Positions 59,135 to 64,000 of a DNA stretch of 64,000 nt are shown here, in pieces. Numbering within the stretch: position 1 is the first letter of the stretch; each line of letters opens with the position of its first letter. Location of the stretch: NCBI RefSeq assembly GCF_009914755.1, contig NC_060925.1; one strand, given 5' to 3'. The notes beneath the pieces were generated by a model. The model had not been told where the DNA came from and did no database searches. It saw only the letters and a program-made list of their open reading frames with translations. This DNA comes from the human T2T-CHM13v2.0 reference genome, Homo sapiens. Position numbers and translations under genes: made by a program.

Positions 59135-60547
59135 CTTCTCATTACTTTTCTGTTTTTTTAATTATACTTTAAGTTTTAGGGTGCATGTGCACAACGTGCA
59201 GGTTAGTTACATATGTATACATGTGCCATGTTGGTGTGCTGCACCCAGTAACTTGTCATTTAACATTACATATATCTCCAAATGCTATCCCTCCCCCCTC
59301 CCCCCACCCCACAACAGGCCCCAGTGTGTGATGTTCCCCTTCCTGTGTCCATGTGTTCTCATTGTTCAATTCCCACCTATGAGTGAGAACATGCAGTTTT
59401 TGGTTTTTTGTCCTTGCGACAGTTTGCTGAGAATGATGGTTTCCAGCTTCATCCATGTCCCTACAAAGGACATGAACTCATCATTTTTTATGGCTGCATA
59501 GTATTCCATGGTGTATATGTGTCACGGTTTCTTAATCCAGTCTATCATTGTTGGACATTTGACTTGGTTCCAAGTCTTTGCTATTGTGAATAGTGCCGCA
59601 ATAAACATACATGTGCATGTGTCTTTATAGCAGCATGATTTATAATCCTTTGGGTATATACCCAGTAATGGGATGGCTGCGTCAAATGGTATTTCTAGTT
59701 CTAGATCCCTGAGGAATCGCCACACTGACTTCCACAATGGTTGAACTAGTGTACAGTCCCATCAACAGTGTAAAAGTGTTCCTATTTCTCCACATCCTCT
59801 CAGGCACCTGTTGTTTCCTGACTTTTTAATGATCGCTATTCTAATTGGTGTGAGATGTTATCTCATAGTTTTGATTCACATTTCTCTGATGGCCAGTGAT
59901 GATGAGCATTTTTTCATGTGTCTTTTGGCTGCATAAATGTCTTCTTTTGAGAAGTGTCTGTTCATATCCTTCGCCCACTTTTTGATGGGGTTGTTTTTTT
60001 CTTATAAATTTGTTGGAGTTCCATGGTACTGGTACCAAAACAGAGATATAGACCAATGGAACAGAACAGAGCCCTCAGAAATAATGCCGCATATCTACAA
60101 TCATCTAATCTTTGACAACTCTGACAAAAACAAGAAATGGGGAAAGGTTTCCCTATTTAATAAATGGTGCTGGGAAAACTGGCTAGCCATACGTAGAAAG
60201 CTGAAACTGGATGCCTTCCTTACACCTTATACAAAAATTAATTCAAGATGGATTAAAGACTTAAATGTTAGACATAAAACCATAAAAGCCCTAGAAGAAA
60301 ACCTAGGCAATACCATTCAGGACATAGGCATGGGCAAGGACTTCATGTCTAAAACACCAAAAGCAATGGCAACAAAAGCCAAAATTGACAAATGGGATCT
60401 AATTAAACTAAAGAGCTTCTGCACAGCAAAAGAAACTACCATCAGAGTGAACATGCAACCTACAGAATGGGAGAAAAATTTTGCAATCTACTCATCTGAC
60501 AAAGAGCTAATATCCAGAATCTACAATGAACTTCTCGTTACTTTTCT
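59135..60547 (-). mobile_element. 5'-truncated, 5'-inverted L1PA3/4-like element (~1.4 kb)
   Basis: 3' part antisense 59152-60021; inverted part sense 60022-60530; TSD cttctcattacttttct (59135-59151) / cttctcgttacttttct (60531-60547). Confidence 0.96.
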
Positions 60548-60711
60548 AAAATATTTTTTTCTGGCCTGGGCCTATTTCATTAGTCTTTTGAGAGAATAAA
60601 CATTTAGCCCCCATTCATTTGTGGGAGCTAAAAATTAAAAGCATTATTTCCTAACTCTAGTTTTTTTGTTCAACTTCTGTGTTAATTTTCCATTCCAACT
60701 TTTATTTACTT

Positions 60712-63700
60712 ATTTTTAAATTTTTAATTTTTGTAGGTACATAGGAGGTGTATATAGTTATGGGGTACATGAGATATTTTGATACAGGCCTATAATGCAT
60801 AACAATGTCATCAGGATTAATGGGGTATCCATCACCTCAAGCATTTATCCTTTCTTTGTTTTACAAACAATCCACACATATTCTTTCAGTTATTTTATAA
60901 TGTACAATTAATTATTCTTAACTATAGTCACTCTGGTGTGCTATTAAATACTAGATCTTATTCATTACATCTAACTGTATTTTTATGCCCATTAACTGTC
61001 CCCATTCCACCCACCCTACTACCCTTCCCAGCTTCTGGTAACCATCATTCTATCTCTACTTCCATGAATTCAACTGTTTTAATTTTCAGCTCCTATAAAT
61101 GAGTGAGAATAAGCAAAGTTTGTCTTTCTGTGTCTGCCTTATTTCACTTAACATAATGACTTCCAATTCCAGCCATGTTGTTGCAAATGACAGGATCTCA
61201 TTCTTTTTCTGTGGCTGAATAGTATTTCATTGTGTATATGTACCACATTTTCTTTATTCATTCATTCATTTGTTGATGGACACTTAGGTTACTTTCAAAT
61301 CTTGGCTATGGTGAATATTGCCACAATAAACATAGGAGCACAGATATATCTTCAACAGACTGATTGCCTTTACTTTGGGTATGTCCTTAGCAGTGGGAAT
61401 GCTGGATCATATGGTAGTTTTTGTAGATATTTGAGGAACATCCAAGCTGTTGTCCATAGTGGTTGTCCTAATCTACATTCCTACCAACAATGCCAATGTC
61501 AAATTATACTACAGAGATATAGTAACCAAAACAACATAGTACTGTCATAAAAACAGACATCTACAGATGTCTCTATATCTGTGCCAGCATTTGTTTTTGC
61601 CTGTCTCTGATAATAGCCATTTTAAATAGGGTGAGATGGTATCTCAATGTAGCTTTGATTTATGTTTTTCTGATGATAAATTATATTGAGCACATTTTCA
61701 TATATATGTTTTCCATGTATATGTCTTCTTTTGAGAAGTGTTCATTCAGAACTTTTGCCCATTTTCTAATCAAATTATTAGATTTTTTCCTATAGAGTTG
61801 TTTGAGCTCCTTATATATTGTAGCTATTAATTCATTGTCACATGGATATTTTGCAAATATATTATCAATTTCTGCAGGTTGTCTCTTCATTTTATTGTTT
61901 CCTTTGCTGTGCAGAAGCTCTTTAACTTTATGTGATCCCATTTGTCTAATTTTGTTTGGTTGCCTGTGCTTGTGGAGTATTACTCAAAGCTTGTTGCACA
62001 GTCCAATGTCCTGGAGAATTTCCCCAACGTTTTCTTATAGTAGTTTCATAGTTTGAGGTATTAGCGTTAAGCTGCAAATCCATTTTGATGTGATTTTTCT
62101 ATATGGTCAGAGATGGTGGTCCAATATCATTGCTCTGACTGCAGATACCCAATTTTCCCAACACCACTTACTGAAGAGACTGTCTTTCTCCAATGCATGT
62201 TCTTGGCACCTTTATCAAAAATCAGTTCACTGTAGATATATAGATTTGGTTCTGAGTTCTCTATTCTATTCCATTGTTCTATATGTCTGTTTTTAGAACA
62301 GTCCTATGTTGTTTTGGTTACTATATCTCTGTAGTATAATTTGAAGTCAGGTAATATGATTCCTCCTGTTTTGTTCTTCTTGGTCAAGCTGACTTTGGCT
62401 ATTCTGGGTCATTTGTGGTTCCATAAAAATTTTAGGATTGTTTTCTCTATTTCTGTGAAGAATGTCATTGATATTTTGGTAGGGATTGCATTGAATCTAT
62501 AGATTGCTTTGAGTAGTATGGACATTTTAAAAATATTAATTATTCTAATCCAGGAACATATGTATTTCCATTTTTTTTGTATCCTCTTCAATTTCTTTCA
62601 TCAATGTTTTAAGTTTTCATTGTAGAGATTGCTCACTTCTTTGGTTAAGTTAATTCCTAGGTATCTAATTTTATTTCTAGCTATTGTTAATGGGATTAAT
62701 TTCTTGATTTATTTTTCAGATTGTTCACTGTTGGCATACAGAAATGCTACTGGTTTTTCTATGTTGATTTTGTATCCTGCAACTATACTGAATTTATTCA
62801 TCTGTTCTCAATTTTTTTGGTGGGATTTTTGGGTGTTTTCAAATATAAGATTATACCATCTGCAAACAAAGATAATTTGACTTATTCCTTTCCAATTTGA
62901 ATGCCCTTTATTTCTTTCTTTTGCCTGATTGCTCTAGCTAGGACTTCAAGTACTATGTTGAATAACAGTGATGAAAGTGGACATCCTTGTTGTGTTCCAG
63001 ATCTTAGAGAAAAGCCAGTTTTTTCCTATTCAGTCTGAATCTAGCTGTAGGTCTTTAGTACACAGCTTTTATTTTGTTGAGGTATGTTCATTCTATATCT
63101 AGTTTATTTAGGTTTTTATCATAAAGGGATATTGGATTGTGTCAAATGCTTTTTCAGTATCAATTAAAATAATTATATAATTTTTGTCCTTCAATTCTGT
63201 TAATATAATGCACCACATTGATTGATTTATGTACGTTGAACCATCCTTGCATTCCTGGGATAAATTCCACTTGGTGGTGATGAATGCTCTTTTTAATGTG
63301 TTGTTGATTTTGGTTTGCTGTTATTTTGTTGAGGATTTTTGCATCAATGTTTATCAGGGATTCTGGAATGTAGTTTTCTGTTTTTGACCTGTCTTTTTCT
63401 GATTCTTTTATCAGGATAATACTGGCCTTGTAGAATGAGATTGGAAGTATTCCTTACTCCTCTATTTTTGGGAACAGTTTGAATAGGATTGGTGTTAGTT
63501 CTTCTTTAAATGTTTAGTAAAACTCATCAGTGAAGCCATCAGGTCCTGATGTTTTCTTTGCTAGGAGACTTCCTATTACAGCTTCGATCTTATTACTTGT
63601 TTTTGCTCTGTTTAGGTTTTGGATCGTTTCACGGTTCAATCTTAGTAAGTTGTATGTGTATAAGGATTTATTCATTTTTTCTAGGTTTTCCAATTTATTT

Positions 63701-64000
63701 GCATATAGTTTCTCATCGTATCAACTAATAATCTTTCGGATTTCTGTGGTATTGCTTGTGATGTCTCTACTATCATCTCTGATTTTGCTGATTTGGGTCT
63801 TCTCTCTTTTTTTCTTGGATAATCTGGCTAAGGGTTTGTTGATTATATTTATCTTTTAACCACCAATTTTTCATTTCATTGGTCTTTTGTATTATTCACC
63901 TCATTTCAATTTCATTTATTTCTGCTCTGATCTTTATTACGATCTTGTCTTCTACTAATTTTGGGTTCCATTTGCTTTTGCTTTTCTAGTTCTTTAAGAT
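60712..64000 (-). mobile_element. L1MA (MA2/3-like), 3'UTR and ORF2, running off the window end
   Basis: 3'UTR 'ggggtacatgagatattttgatacagg...ccatcacctcaagcattt'; ORF2 remnant '[23 protein letters not shown]' on the minus strand. Confidence 0.93.

Overview
This is AT-rich, CpG-poor primate (human-like) non-coding DNA dominated by transposable elements. I can support no host protein-coding gene, RNA gene, CpG island or prokaryotic-type system. Nearly all long ORFs in the track are broken LINE-1 ORF1/ORF2 pieces or antisense read-throughs of repeats. The main contents are: a near full-length L1PA4/5-like element with a 5' inversion and 13-bp TSD (34049-39657); a second 5'-inverted, truncated L1PA3/4-like element with a 17-bp TSD (59135-60547); several older L1 (PA15/16, MA, MB, MC, MD, ME), L2, L3 and MIR remnants; ten Alus; two two-LTR MaLR proviruses, one containing three nested solo LTRs; and hAT DNA-transposon relics. 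The most informative signals are records of mutational mechanism: twin-primed inversions, a four-level LTR nest with 5-bp TSDs, and a 62-bp locally templated inverted insertion inside an L1MA. Subfamily names come from recalled consensus sequences and need RepeatMasker/Dfam confirmation. Boundaries of old elements are approximate. I found no evidence for a new biological system.
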